Position numbers and translations under genes: made by a program. From NCBI RefSeq assembly GCF_004010195.1, contig NC_057718.1, positions 37,685,592 through 37,749,591 on the forward strand: a DNA stretch of 64,000 bases. The letters are read 5' to 3'. The DNA comes from Chiloscyllium plagiosum (lineage: Eukaryota). This document shows, in pieces, positions 39,385 through 52,489 of this stretch. Every line of letters starts with the position of its first letter. Position 1 is the stretch's first letter. The notes beneath the pieces are model-generated. The model had not been told where the DNA came from. It did no database searches and worked only from the letters and a program-made list of their open reading frames with translations.

Positions 39385-40010
39385 TTATAGTGGTGACAAG
39401 AGCAGGTCAGAGGCTAGGAATACTGCAGCAAATAACTCACCTCCAGACTCCCCGAAGCCTGTCCACCATCAACAAGGCACAAGTCAGGAGTGTGATGGAA
39501 TACTCCTCACTTGCCTGGATGAGTGCAGCGCCAACATTCAAGAAGCTTGACACCATCCAGGACAAAGCAGCTCACTTGATTGGCACCACATCCATAAGCT
39601 TCCACTCCCTCTGCCACCAACACTCAGGGGCAGAGTGTTGGTGGCAGAGTGTACTATCTATATATCTCCAATATGCACTGCAGAAATTCACCAAGATTCT
39701 TAGGCCTCACCTTCCAAACCCACTACCACTTCCATCTAGAACCACAAGAGCAGCAGATACATGGAAATACCATCACCTTTATGTTCCCCTCTAAGCATCT
39801 CACCATCCTGACTTGGAAAACCTCACCGTTCCATCCCTGTCACTGGGTCAAAATTCTGGAATTTATCCCGAAGGGCATTGTGGGTCTACCTGCAGGCCAT
39901 GGGCTGCAGCAGTTTAAGAAGGAAGCTCACCACCACCATCTCAAAGACAACTAGGGATGAGCAACAAATGTTTGCGAGCCAGTGATACCCACAATTCAAT
40001 ATAAATAAAA
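39385..40010 (+). mobile_element. L2/Crack-like (CR1 group) LINE 3' fragment
   Basis: ORF 39390..39794 reads RAGQRLGIL...LSTINKAQVRSVMEYSSLAWMSAAPTFKKLDTIQDKAAHLIG. Confidence 0.8.
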
Positions 40011-40603
40011 ACATATAATGGGACAGCTGAGGTACATAAAACACAACTTCATTGGAACATGTGTTACAACTCTGGTTACATCTTCCACAAAGCTACACAA
40101 GAGACCATATCCATGGATGTTGCAATACTTCCTGTGATGATGTACACAGTATCTGTGGATCAGCAGATTAAACAGTTAGAATTAATCCATTTTACAACCA
40201 GGATTGCATAAAGGGTTTAAATTTAAGATTAATTAGAGAATGGGGTTAATATATGGGATAAACATTTATTGTGTTCGTTACGAATGAGATAGTTTAATAA
40301 AGTGTTGACAACATTCCTTTCCATGTGAGTTTAAATTTCAATTCCATCTTTGTAATTAAGGTAAAGTAATGGGTCACACAGCTTTTATCCTTTAAAACCA
40401 TTTTTGAATTCACCCTTATTATACTCCAGAAAGCCTGGATATTACTGAAACCAATCTTTACAAATATTTTAACCATTTATTTTCAAAGCCACACATGTAC
40501 TTCCGAACTCAACAATCACAGTATCAATCTGTATCTATTTATATGGGCGGATGCAGATGCTTAATTATTGCTCACCCCGAATACAATTAATGACTTATTC
40601 AGG

Positions 40604-40738
40604 GAGGAGAAAGTGAGGACTGCAGAAGCTAGAGACCAGAGTCGAGAGTGGGGTGCTGGAAAAGCATAGCAGGTCAGGCAGCATCCGAGGAGCAGTGGAA
40701 TCAACGTTTTGTGCATAAGCCCTTTATCAGGAATGAGG
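40604..40738 (-). mobile_element. Family A-variant pLTR with tail, degenerate hammerhead
   Basis: ggagaaagtgaggactgcag...gctggaaaagcatagcaggtcaggcagcatccgaggagcag...cataagccctttatcaggaatgagg. Confidence 0.8.
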
Positions 40739-41825
40739 CTGAATTTTACAAATTCAAACTGACTCTTTCTCATTGGCTGAAAATGGTTAAGATGTCCAGT
40801 CACTCTATTGTTAATTGTAGATGCTAGTAATTTTTCAACAATAAAATTGGACTGACTGAGTGATAATTCTTTAGATTCTCTCCATCTTTCCAAAATATTA
40901 TTTTCCTTCTCTTCACCACTGTCTGAGCAGAATCCAGTTTATGGACAGCTGAAGAAAGGAAAAAAGATTCTGTTGAAGGGAGAGGAGAAAGTATGAAGCA
41001 TGTCGGGCAAGTGGAGTTGAAATGCCCATCAGCCATAATTGAATGGCGGAGTGACTCAATGGGCTGATTGGCCTTACTTCCACTCCTATGTCTTATGGTC
41101 GTAAGTATTTACATTAGCTGCAGCTTATTACTCATGAGAAAATGCGGGATATGAAAGATGTGGGATTAATGAAGAGTGAATACAGGTACTCGCATCATTG
41201 ATTCTTCCAGGTCTGTCAATGACCACAGGCCCAGTGTTGCATTTTCCAGTCACACCAAGCAGAGACCCTGCACTGGAGATTAAAATGTGAAGTAATGCAA
41301 ATCATCTTCCAGTTCTTTCCTGCTGCTCTACCTTGCTCCTGGAGAAGGGAGCATGTCAGTGGGTGTTTTGAAATATGTTTATATTATGCAGCTGTCATGA
41401 CTGACTGTCTGCCAGTGTGTTTCAATTGTAAATTGTATGTTCAATGTTTTCAACAGTTTTAAAATTGTGAGGCAGCTAAAGCCTATGAATTGTAGGATTG
41501 ACAGAACCTGTCAGTTGGTGGACAATGGATGTGTAGAGAGTTAAGCAATTGCTTTTGCTATTACATGCCATTGAGGACAGATTCACTCATCTCAACAGTA
41601 CATGCCAAATCATTAAAGTTCTTCTGACTCTGCATCCCTGTTCTTGCAGTAACACTTCTTCAGGCATTGGCTTCCATTTCTTGTTCCCACCATCTCCTGA
41701 GCATAAATCTGGAAGTCTGCAAACTCACTGCAGACACGGAATGTTTCTTTTTGATAGGTCTGTTTACAAAGATCCCTAAGAGCTGTCTGAAAATATTGTT
41801 GCTCAGTCTTTTGCATGCAACAATA

Positions 41826-42950
41826 AAAACATAAGAACACAAGTAGGCCATTCAGCCCCTCGAGCCTGTCCTGCCATTGAATGTGATTTATCTGTGGCCT
41901 AATTCCATTTGCTTGCTTTTGGCCCATATCCCTTAATACGTTTGTTTAACAAAACCATATCTATGTCAGATTTAAAGTTTAACAACTGATCCAGCATTCA
42001 TTTCCATTTGTGGGAGAGGGTTCCAAACCTCTAGCAGCCTTTGTGTATAGAAGTGCTTCCTAACATCTCTCCTGAATGGTCAGCCCTAATTTTCAGACTA
42101 TGCCCCTAATCCTAAAAAACCCAACCATTGAAAATGGTTTATCTTTATTTACCTTGTCTTTTACATAGAAACATAGAAGATAGGAGCAGGAGGAGGCCAT
42201 TCAGCCCTTTAAGCCTGCTCAACCATTCATCACAATCATGGCTGATTGTCTAATTCAATAGCCTAATCCTGTTATTTCCCCATAACCTTTGATCCCATTC
42301 ACCCCAAGTGCTATATCTAGCTGCCTCTTGAATACATTCAATGTTTTGGCATCAACTACTTCCTGTGGTATGAATTCCACAGGCTCATCACTCTTTGGTG
42401 AAGAAATGTCTCCTCATCTCCGTCCTAAATTGTTCACCCTGAATCCACAGACTGACCCCTGGTTCTGGACACACCCACCATCAGGAATATCCTCCCTGCA
42501 TCTACCCTGTCTCAGCCTGTTAGAATTTTATAAGTCTCTATGAGATGCCCTCTCACATGTCTGAATTCCAGTGAAAACAATCCCAACCTAGTCAATCTCT
42601 CCTCATACGTCAGTCCTATCATCCCGAGAATCAGTCTGGTAAACCTTTGCTGCACTCCCTTAAGAGCAAGAGCTTCCTTCATCAGAAAAGGAGACCAAAC
42701 AGGACACAATGTTCTAAGCTGTGGCCTCACCAAGGCCCTGTATAACTGCAACAACACATCCCTGCTCCTGTACTCAAAACCTCTCGCAATGAAGGCCAAC
42801 GCACCACTTGCTTTCTTTACTGCCTGCTGCACCTGCATGCTTTCCTTTTAATATTTTGAAGACTTCAATCAGATCACCCTTAACCTTCTAAATTATAGGT
42901 AAATGGCCCTAATGTGTATAATTTCTCCCCATAACTTAACCCCTGAAGTC
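41826..42950 (-). mobile_element. CR1 3' fragment with a second CR1 3' fragment (42163-42845) nested inside
   Basis: Two minus-strand CR1 tails (aacataagaac at ~41829, acatagaaacatagaa at ~42163). ORF 42512..42838 reads LAFIARGFEYRSRDVLLQLYRALVRPQL. Confidence 0.85.
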
Positions 42951-44174
42951 CATTCCTCAAAAAATCACAGGCTGACAACATTTAAAAAGCTCTCACCATT
43001 CCTTGTACCCACAGTGCAGCTCCTCTTTAAGGAGTGCAAGTTAGCTTAGCAGGACCTGCCACTAACTCAAAACGTCAGATCATCTATCGATGCTTGCAGA
43101 ACAGTGTGAACTCTGATGGCTGCACACAGCAATCATGCAAAAGAACTGCCAGCTCAAATTGGCAGGACCAACTTAATGGTCACAAACCACAATCTCCACG
43201 CCCAGGTTCCCCAATTTAACCCCTGAGTTAAATATGTGAAACGGAATTAAAGTAGACAATAAAGATCCTCAAATGTGTATTCAAAGAAGTTATTAATCAC
43301 ATTTATTTCCATAAATCTTCTTTTAAATAATTAGACCATAATTCAATGAGACAAATTAAACTTCAGCAAAGTATCATTCCTTTCTACTGGATCAGAATTG
43401 ATATGCAGAACTATGATAGGAATATATAAAGGCGATGTTGATTTGATAAATAAAGTAATATAACAAGTAGAATTTCACTGCTCCTTGATTTGGAATGCCA
43501 GCATGGTGAAAAGTCAAAGCAAAATGAGTACCTCAAAACCAAAAATCTTGACCACATCAAATCAGAGTCAATTTACAGCACAAACAGGCCTAAATGAGGC
43601 TTAGGTGAAAGTCTCTGAACCATTTCAACTTGTTCCCATGTCAACACTTGGAGTCACTCAGTGCAGTAAAGGTCTGGACTGTGCTGCAGACTGCATAGGT
43701 CAGGTCAAGTGTCACCTGACTGAAATGGTTATTGAGTTTCCCTGCAGTGTGCCAGCAGTGCATACGTGTCTGTTTCCTGTTTCTGACAAGGGATCTGTCA
43801 TCATCACAGCACGAACTCCAATAGGATATGTGCACAATTTCACTTCCTTGCAATTATCTCAAATGTTAGGGCAATGTTTGGAGATAGGCGGCTGGATTTT
43901 CCAAAGATTTGCCACAAATTTACAGGTTGTCACTGGAATGCTAAGAGCAGGAAATGTAGCAGGGAGCTGTCCTGTTGGCACTTCCAAGATTCTCTACTGA
44001 AAGAGACATTGACATTGAATCATACACATGTGGGGAAGTGCATTCAAATGATATGCCAACAGCTAGAATACATCATCAATTGTGTTTCTTGTCATTGATG
44101 ACTTCACAACATAGGTGTCAAGACATTAATATCCCTCTTCATTGAGGGAGGGGGGTCAACAATGAAAAGGCTTC

Positions 44175-44681
44175 TGAAATAACTCCACTGTGGCCAGTAT
44201 CCTATCACCAAGTCACCCTTTATTTACACTTACCCTCAGAGCCAGTTCTCAAGAGTGAACAGGATGTCTGACACTCCTGTTCTTTTTTTTTCTTTCTTCT
44301 TTTTTTTTAAATTTAACCCCGACACTACCACCTAAGTGCGGTAGTGCTTATTTTATCCCCAGCACCCATGGTGTGTTCGCGCAGGTGTGAGACACAGTGA
44401 AAGACACAAAGTGCACGAATCTTTATTCAATTTCCACCACCAGGAAGATAGGAAAACACCCGGGTGGCCAGTGACAAACACTGCCCTTCACATCAAAGGG
44501 CAGTGCTGTGTGATCAAAACAGTGAGGGGGAGGGTAGGGACTAAATCAAAATAGAGTTGGAGGAAACATTCCTGTTCTTATCTGTCAGCCAGGGTTCCCT
44601 GATTGGACCAAATTAACAGCCCCAATCAGGGAGCTAATATTCTATAATACCCATCTGGCTGAGCTCATTGCAATCACCACA
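44175..44681 (-). mobile_element. Solo LTR (paralog of 14828-15160) containing a retroposed insert
   Basis: Shares tgaaataactccac...tttatttacac...cctgttcttatctgtcagccaggg.tccctgattggacca...caatcac.aca with the other copy. Confidence 0.7.
44285..44569 (-). mobile_element. Poly(A)-tailed 5'-truncated retroposed fragment (probable L1/Tx1 3' UTR) with 10-bp TSD
   Basis: T-rich tract at 44285-44308; TSD tcctgttctt at 44275-44284 and 44570-44579. Confidence 0.7.
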
Positions 44682-44829
44682 CTTTTCTTGCTAATTTACC
44701 AGACAACCTAAGAGTATAGTAGGCAAGCCTGCATTCTGGAGAACTCCAGGTCTACATTAATCAATGATTCTGAAAGACTGAAGATGTAATATATTTATAT
44801 ATCTTTCAGCAGGCCCTCCTTTATCAATG

Positions 44830-45146
44830 TAGATTAGATTACTTTCAGTGTGGAAACAGGCCCTTCGGCCCAACAAGTCCACACCGACCCGCCGAAGCGC
44901 AACCCACCCATACCCCTACATTTACCCCTTATTACCTAACACTACGGGCAATTTAGCATGGCCAATTCACCTGACCTGCACATCTTTGGACTGTGGGAGG
45001 AAACCGGAGCACCCGGAGGAAACCCACGCAGACACGGGGAGAACGTGCAAACTCCACACAGTCAGTCGCCTGAGTCGGGAATTGAACCCGGGTCTCTGGC
45101 GCTGTGAAGCAGCAGTGCTAACCACTGTGCCACCGTGCCACCCACG
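44830..45146 (-). mobile_element. Young HE1-like SINE (CpGs retained)
   Basis: Minus strand reads ggcacggtggcacagtggttagcactgctgcttcacagcgccagagacccgggttcaattcccg, ending in a (aatct)n tail. Confidence 0.92.
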
Positions 45147-45439
45147 GTGTCCAATACCTTTACATTACTATGGAGGTCAATATACTCTTGAGTTCTAAGG
45201 GAGTTAGGTAAATGCAAATGAACGATTTGAGGTAAGAAAGCTTATTGAATGGTGGAGAAGACACAAAGGGCCAAAACCCTGCTGAAATATCCTCACCCTG
45301 ATCGTAACTCATCTGTTCTTATGCTCTAATCTGCAAGCCTTATTAATTACCATCTTACCCTGTTATCATTGGCATTACAGAGTACAGGTATATACTATTT
45401 GTAAAGTAGGACAGAAAATTCACACTTCCTCCATGTGAT

Positions 45440-48400
45440 CACAAAATAAGGACAGGCAGTAAGGCCCTGTGGCTCCCTGCACTGACAGCTGCAGTATTAT
45501 TGGCCACTTTGGCCAAGCCCAGGAGTAGGCCAATGCGGAGGTCCTCTGGCCTGGCTGGCCCTCCCTGCATGGGATGCCCATAGATCAGGAGCATAGGGTT
45601 GTTGTGGAGACAAATATTTGGGAGCAGCCCTTTCAACAAATTAAAGAAGAGTTTCAAACAAAAACAAAAACATTCAGCATGAGCGTGGAAACCACTTTTT
45701 CCCCGAGCCACAGCATCTACATCTGGCCTGGCAACTCGTGAACTTACAATTGTTTGGGACTACTGCGTGCAGCACTCAACACAGATTCCCAATGGAATGG
45801 GAAAGGATGCCTTATAGCAGGCCAATGTGCTATGACGGAGTGTGGAGATGCCAAATTGCCCATGGTGCACATGTCACAGCACCTCCCTCTCCCCTGCCCG
45901 TCCATCCCCCACTGAGGATCTCCACTGTCTCCGAGTGGCGGGCATGGATGAGAAAGTGGAGAGCGTGCAGCAACAGCTCATTAAGGAAATGCCTCTGTGC
46001 CACTTTGAGGGGCACAGTGCAAATTTCACGGAGATAGCTCAAACTGTGGGGTGCCACATCCTAGAGGGAGGCCTGGTGCATGGGTCCAATATCCAGTTCC
46101 AGGCAGGTGCCTGCAAGCTCACTGCACACTTGAGCCGCATTAATTCTCTGTCTTTTCTCTAGGCTGAGTACCTTGGTCAGGAGACTCTGGATGGCTTAGC
46201 CCATGTTCTGGATGTTGCCTGATGCCCTCTCAGCCAACTGCATTCGTGCCTTCCGGTCCACTCTTCCGCCATCCAACACATTCCCAACTCTGGTCAGCCC
46301 ATTGTCCGGAGCTCTCTCCTCCAAATGATGGAGAAACTTTTACTGATGAAGGACCTGTTCCTGAGCAGTGGTTCCTTTATGACAGATGCCACTCCTACAG
46401 GTAGTAGACAAGCGGGAAGCTGGAAGAACACAGCAAGCCAGACAGCATTAGGAGGTGGAGAAGTCAATGTTCGGGTATAACTCTTCTGTCCCAGAATTTG
46501 GTCAAGTCCAAGTAAAACAGGTAATTTCTGAAAGAAGGTCTGAGGGCAGGACAACAACAGGAACTGCATATTGTAATTGAAGCCGTGCATTTGACAGAAG
46601 AAATACATCAGCAGGCTGCACCACCTTGGGGGAGAATCAACATAAAAGGTATCACTGCAGGGTCTGAAGTGGCAAGGTGCTATCTGGAGGCAAATGTACA
46701 CCAGCAGCTGGCTCCCTTCCAGGGTGAGAGACTCAGTCCCTCAGCAGCAACCCAGTATTGCTGCTTGCCCCCAAAAAACTGGACAAGCTTTCTCTGATCA
46801 CTTGTGACAAACCTTGGGGGTTGCACCAAAATGAGCAGCCCTACCACAACATGACAGCAATCAGACCAACACTCACTGCCTGTAAACTATACTCAGAGCA
46901 TCCCAAGCAAGCGGTCACCTTGGTTTTCAAATCATGCCAGTTTGCTGGCCAGGATTCCTCAGCAGGGCAGAGATAGACTCCCAGGTAGAGGATCCTCCAT
47001 ATGAAGCACCCAGAGCTCCTCCAGCAGGGGCTTCATCCTCCATGGACTGACCAGCTGTTCCGAACATTTGCTCCAGTTGATCCTCATGGAGCACACCACA
47101 GAACAGAACTTGTGGCATTTACACATTGTCCCCAGTTCAGCTGGGTCAGTGAACATGAGGAGTATATCATCAGAGTAAGGCAAAAGGCTCACTCACCATC
47201 CTTGACCCTCTCAGAGTTAAACATGACAACCACTTCCACAAGAGGCACAGAGATAGATCCACACAAATTGAATATAACCGGCCAGACAGTGGGCAGCCTG
47301 ACACACATCCTTCCCAAAGCACAGGGGCACCATTAGGAACTGTCAACTTTCACGAAACATTCCACAATGGCCGTATTGAAGTCAGGTCTGAACATCAAAA
47401 TGTATTCTGTAATCCCACAAAGTCCTGAGTAAATATTCATGATCCACCCTGTTGAACACCTTCTCCTGATCAAGGGAGAGAAAGTTACTTGACTGACTGG
47501 TCCTCTGGAAAAGGTGGATCATATTCTGGACCAATGGATGTTGTCATAGATATTCTGGCTCAGGACTTGGACTGGTCTGGGTGAATCATGTAGTCCAGCA
47601 CGGTATCAGGGTCAGAGGATAAGGCCCCAGTAAACATTTTGCAATCTGGATCAAGGGTGGAGTCCAGACATTAGTTCTTTATCAATTGGAAATGCTGCCT
47701 CGAGCAATGACAGCCCTGTGCCAACATAGGAGCATCTCTCTAGTCATGATGTATTCGTCCAGAATCTGCAGGTATTCGTTCCCTTGGACCTCCCAGAATG
47801 CAGAGAAACTGCAGAGCCAACCTATCCAGCCCCGGGCACAAGCCACTGGAGAGGTAGTCAAGGGTACCAGTCAGCTTCATCAAGCTCAGAGGAACACCAA
47901 GCCTCTTGGTGTCCTCCAGACTGACCTGCTGCAAGTCCTACTCTGTGAATTTCCTCAGTGGATAGATCCAGAGGGAAGAAAATGGAACAGAATTTCATTG
48001 CCTGGTTTCTGGTTTCCTTTGGATCCGAGTCAAGAGATCTGGTATTAGCATGGAGCAGTTGGCAGACCCATATTTTACAGTACGTGGCAGGAGGAGTGGA
48101 GTCTAGTTCCCAGAGGGATCCAACAAGAAGTGCGGCCTTGGTCATTTCATATGATTCCTGTAGGGCCCACACTGCATCAGGCCGACCAAGAAGTGACTCC
48201 AGGACAAGTACCTCCTTCTCCAACTCGTCATACCTTGATGTCCACCTCTTTGAGCAACGTGCCGCCCACCTCCCCACGTATACTGCTGACTGAAGGCCCG
48301 GGTGTGAGCCTTGTCCACATTCCACCTCACTGAGGAGAAGCTCCCCTGCTACCTGACCCCCACACTCCTGCCATCCCCCCCAACCCACCCCCTGCCCCCC

Positions 48401-48445
48401 ATCCTGCAGAACCCAGGAGGTGTGCACCTTCACTCTGTAGAGTAT
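45440..48445 (-). mobile_element. Tx1/L1-clade LINE ORF2 remnant (RT plus C-terminus), heavily decayed
   Basis: Minus-strand LSLDQEKVFNRVDHEY (~47430-47485), SLLPYSDDILL (ORF 46959..47192) and LLIYGHP...LLLGLAKVA (ORF 45439..45711). Contains a PLE-like pLTR scrap at ~46403-46480. Confidence 0.8.
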
Positions 48446-48730
48446 CAAAATAAAAAATCAGCCCATTCAAATATTTTCTTGCTTTGTAAATTTCAATCCA
48501 TCTTGCCTGTTTATCACATGGAACCTTTTCCATGTTATTCTACCTTGAAATTGTGTCAATTTCCAATGTCAGTCTTCCATCACATCAAACCAGTGACTTG
48601 GTTTCCGAGATCTGTTAGTAATCTTGCCTTGTTTTTGCAGAATGTGAAGGTTTAAATGTTTGTTTTTTCTAGGGAAATCTTTTCCTCAATGGTCACAATC
48701 TATTGATTAAATAATGGCTCCCTTACTTAC

Positions 48731-48869
48731 TTCTACGCAATTATTTCCTTGTGTCCTTAAGCCTCCAAGGACAAGCAAGCGTATGCCTCCCTTGGGAAAA
48801 TAATATATGCTGTCTTTGAGGGAGAAGGTGAGATAAAGGCTGGTTGAACTCGATCGTATGGGCCAACAG
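48731..48869 (-). other. Candidate 139-bp exon (coding status unknown)
   Basis: Acceptor tttgttttctctttctag and donor GAA|gtaagt. One frame is open (CWPIRSSSTSLYLTFSLKDSIYYFPKGGIRLLVLGGLRTQGNNCVE) but not recognised. Confidence 0.25.
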
Positions 48870-50956
48870 CTAGAAAGAGAAAACAAATTTGTGTCCTCAT
48901 TCTTCTAATTAATCTCAATGTTACTTGGAAACAGATGATCTTCAGCAGGTTCACGGAAGTCAAACTGCAGGTGGTTGAAATAACCAGGATCCCTCCAAGG
49001 GCTCCTCTCACTTAAAATGGAAAATAATAGGCATGTATCGATATTATTCCATGCAACACACTGTGGAACTAATTTTAAAAGATCTGCAATGTTGAAAGCT
49101 TCACCTTTCCTGTATGGTTCTTCAGAGTTTCAGCAAACTTTACAAATAATGTGGCCCAATGGTATTGCATATTGACACACAAAAGAGGAGAGCGCGAAGA
49201 TCCATCCCAAGATTCCGTGCACGATTCTTGATCTCCTTTAAACCGAAATGTTGACACCCTCCCCAACATGGAGGGCGAAAATAGTAACAGGTCAAGTAAA
49301 GTTGGCACTTCCCAACATCCAGACACAAAGCAGCAGTGGCAGATTTTGATAAGAAATTTGCAAACCAGCAAACCTTTCAATTAGGAAGTGATAAATGCTG
49401 TGAAGGATTTAAAATAGGAGTAGAACTAATCATTTAAAAACAAGGGAGAAGATGAATCTCGAAATACTTCTTTCACATGAAATTATTCCTCTTGCAAAAG
49501 AAAGAACTTTCAAAAAAAATGTGCAGGTATTTAAGTTGGAGCTTGAGATGTATATTGGCTTTAGGCTGGTAAATTCTGATAAATGACTAGTCCTAAAGTA
49601 TAGCTTTGTGGGGTTTCACTGTGTGCAAGTACATCCATATAAAAACAGCAACTACTATTCAAAAGCTTTTAATTAGCTGTGAACTACACCGATACTTCGC
49701 CACTCATTGTCAGTACTTTGTAAAACTGACAGTAAATTCTGCCTTCCACACATGTGCAGTTAGACACAGAAACACATCTTAGTGATGCCCTGCTTCACCA
49801 CAGGGTGTGGTGTCACAGTCTTCACATGTGTGATCAGCTTAGCTTCATGAGACTGACATGGACTTCATCTGCATAATACTCACTGTAAAAACTCTCGAAA
49901 AAAACGTAAGCATTTTTGAAGTTGTGTCCTTAATTGTGCAGGGTCATAAATATTTATGAAAAATCCTGTTGGCCCAGAAAAAATCTTATTTAAGTAGACA
50001 GGTGTGTCATTCCCTCTATTCCAAAATTAAAATTCCAAAAATATTTAAAGATTACTGAGGTGAAACATTTGCCAGGATTTTCCTATTTTTTTTAATGCAA
50101 GTGTGGGTAGGGTCTGAGAGTCTAAGTGCAACAGGCTCACACGAATGCAAATGTTTCCTGGATTAAATACCAGTCAGGCACAGCAGTCATGACCTACTGG
50201 GCAGTCAGTTCCCAACTCATATGTCTTCTACAGATGTTTCTTTGTTCACCTAAATTACGATGCACATTTCTGCTAATCCGTATCAGGTCAGTCAAACTCA
50301 GGAAAAGGTTAACATTTCAGAATAACCCTGCAACACAATTTCTTTTATTTTTCCTCTTTGTTTTCCTACCCATTTCTCTTATTTTTAAAAATTTAATAGC
50401 CTCTACACTTGCTTAATCAAAGGAACCATCTTGAAGGTATTAGCTGGTAGCATGACTATCCTGAATGGTCATCAGTAGGGAGAAGACCAGGATACTTATA
50501 TGGTTCTCTCTGTTTAGCTCTGTATGATAATTCTGTTCTCTTTTTCTGTCTAAAGACCTCCTGCAGTTTCTCCAATTAATGTCATCAGTATTCACCAAAG
50601 CAAATTCGGGAAAATAAAATAACACAAGGATTTAAAATGATACATAATTCTTTTGAAATTTTAACGAAGTTCAAGCGTGTTTTCCTGATGCTTTGCTCAC
50701 ATTTAACCTGCAACCAACAACAAAATGGATTATCTGGCCTTTGATTTCTTTGCTACTTATTGGACCTTGCATTCTGCAAGAAAGCTGTGACATTTTCCTA
50801 CATTTTAGCAGTGACTACACTTCAAAAAAATGCTTCACTCATTTGAAAGTGCTTTAAATCATGAAAAGTGTTGTATAAATGCAAGTTAGTTTTTGTTTCT
50901 TCCTTAATTCAATTCATTCTTGCATGATAAACCTAAATAAATTGTCCTGTTTGAGA

Positions 50957-51410
50957 TTTATCAGAATGTTGCCAGGTATGGATGATTTCAGCTGTAAAGG
51001 AAGGCTGGATGGGCTGGGAATTTTTCACCGGAGTGTCGGAGGTTGAGAAGTGACCTGACAGAAGTTTATAAAATAATGAGAGGTAGTTGTCTTTTCCCTA
51101 GGATGGGGCTTTCAAGACAAGGGGGCACATTTTTAGGGTGAGGGGAAAAAGATTTTAAAAAGATATGAGAGGCAAATTTTTAATACAGAGGGTGGTTTGC
51201 ATGTCGAGTGAACTTCCTGAGAAAGTGATGGACACAGGTACAATTACAACGTTTAAAAGACGTTTGAATAAATAAGCAAATAGGACAGGTTTGGAGGGAT
51301 ATGGGCCAGGAGCAGGCAGGTGGGACTAGTTTAGTTTAGGATTATGTCCAGTATGGACTGGCTGGACCGAAGAGTCTGTTTCCATGCTGTGTGACTCTAT
51401 CACTCTATGA
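50957..51410 (+). mobile_element. CR1 LINE 3' fragment
   Basis: agatttatcagaatgttgccagg...tgacctgacagaagtttataaaataatgagagg...ctgtttccatgctgtgtgactctatcactctatg. Confidence 0.88.
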
Positions 51411-52489
51411 CCAACAAAGCATGCATCTATAAAACTATCATTAGCATAAGGAAACATTCCAAAGTAGTACACAAGTAGATTTAATATCTGATCCAGAGGC
51501 CTGGGTTCAAGTCCCACCTGCTACAGAGGTTTGTAACAACATCTCTGAAGAGGCTGAATTTAAAAAATACAAGCAGGTTTAAACTTGATGTTTATTGATG
51601 ATGTCAGGATTGGATCATCCCAGCTGGAATCAGTCTCAAGGAATTCTAGATCTCTTCAACATGACAGCATTAGAAAATAATTCCCAACAACTTGCCCTTC
51701 TAGAATCATCTGCTACATTACAAATAAAGTTAATAACACTTTACATGGTACATGTCACAACCCAATATTGGCATGAAAAGGCTATCAAAATCCATTTCAT
51801 TGGTTTTTAACTTTGCCTGAAGTTGTTGTTACATTGGCAAATAAACTACGGAGAGTGCCAATAGATTTGGGCATCTTTTTCACATCACTGAGGATGAGCA
51901 CACTGATTTGTATAAATTTGTGTCACGTGTCAGTCACGTGCTCAAAATGGGATCAGTCAACCAACCCTTGTTAACCCAGACTTTGGTGCCACTGTTATTT
52001 TCAAAGGGACCGAATGTTGTTTGGTTGAAGTGCCGACCTGTTTCAGGACTAGGTCCTTCTAATATGCAAATCAGTGGTCTTTAATATCAGATTCCAATTG
52101 TCATTTGCGACAGAATGGGGTCAACCACGTGATGCACTCTGCAAATAGTTTTACAGCAGCTGAGACCTAAAATACTAAGCTTTGAATTATTTCATTGCGA
52201 GAAAACTGCAGATCGCCAAAATCATTTAAGTTGATAATATAATTTCAAGCTTTACTTTGATGCAATTAAGCTTCACCTGAATCACTTAAAAAGTCACCTT
52301 GCTCTGCATTGTGTTACAAAAAGGCGATCGACTCCTCCATTTTTAGCCCTATGTCGCTTGTAGCAAATATTTTTATTTCTTAACATGCATCTATCATATT
52401 TCAATTAAAACTTAACCAACTAACCAAAATGTAGATGCCAGTTAATTATGACATTGCTGAGTGAAAGGAGGGGGGAATTTATGACTTTT

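Noticed and set aside
43570..44100. Ancient Penelope GIY-YIG remnant
   Set aside because: Weak QPPN-like and Cys motifs only; too degenerate to call.
45060..45146. tRNA gene
   Set aside because: The A/B boxes belong to the HE1 SINE head and continue into SINE body; no complete cloverleaf.
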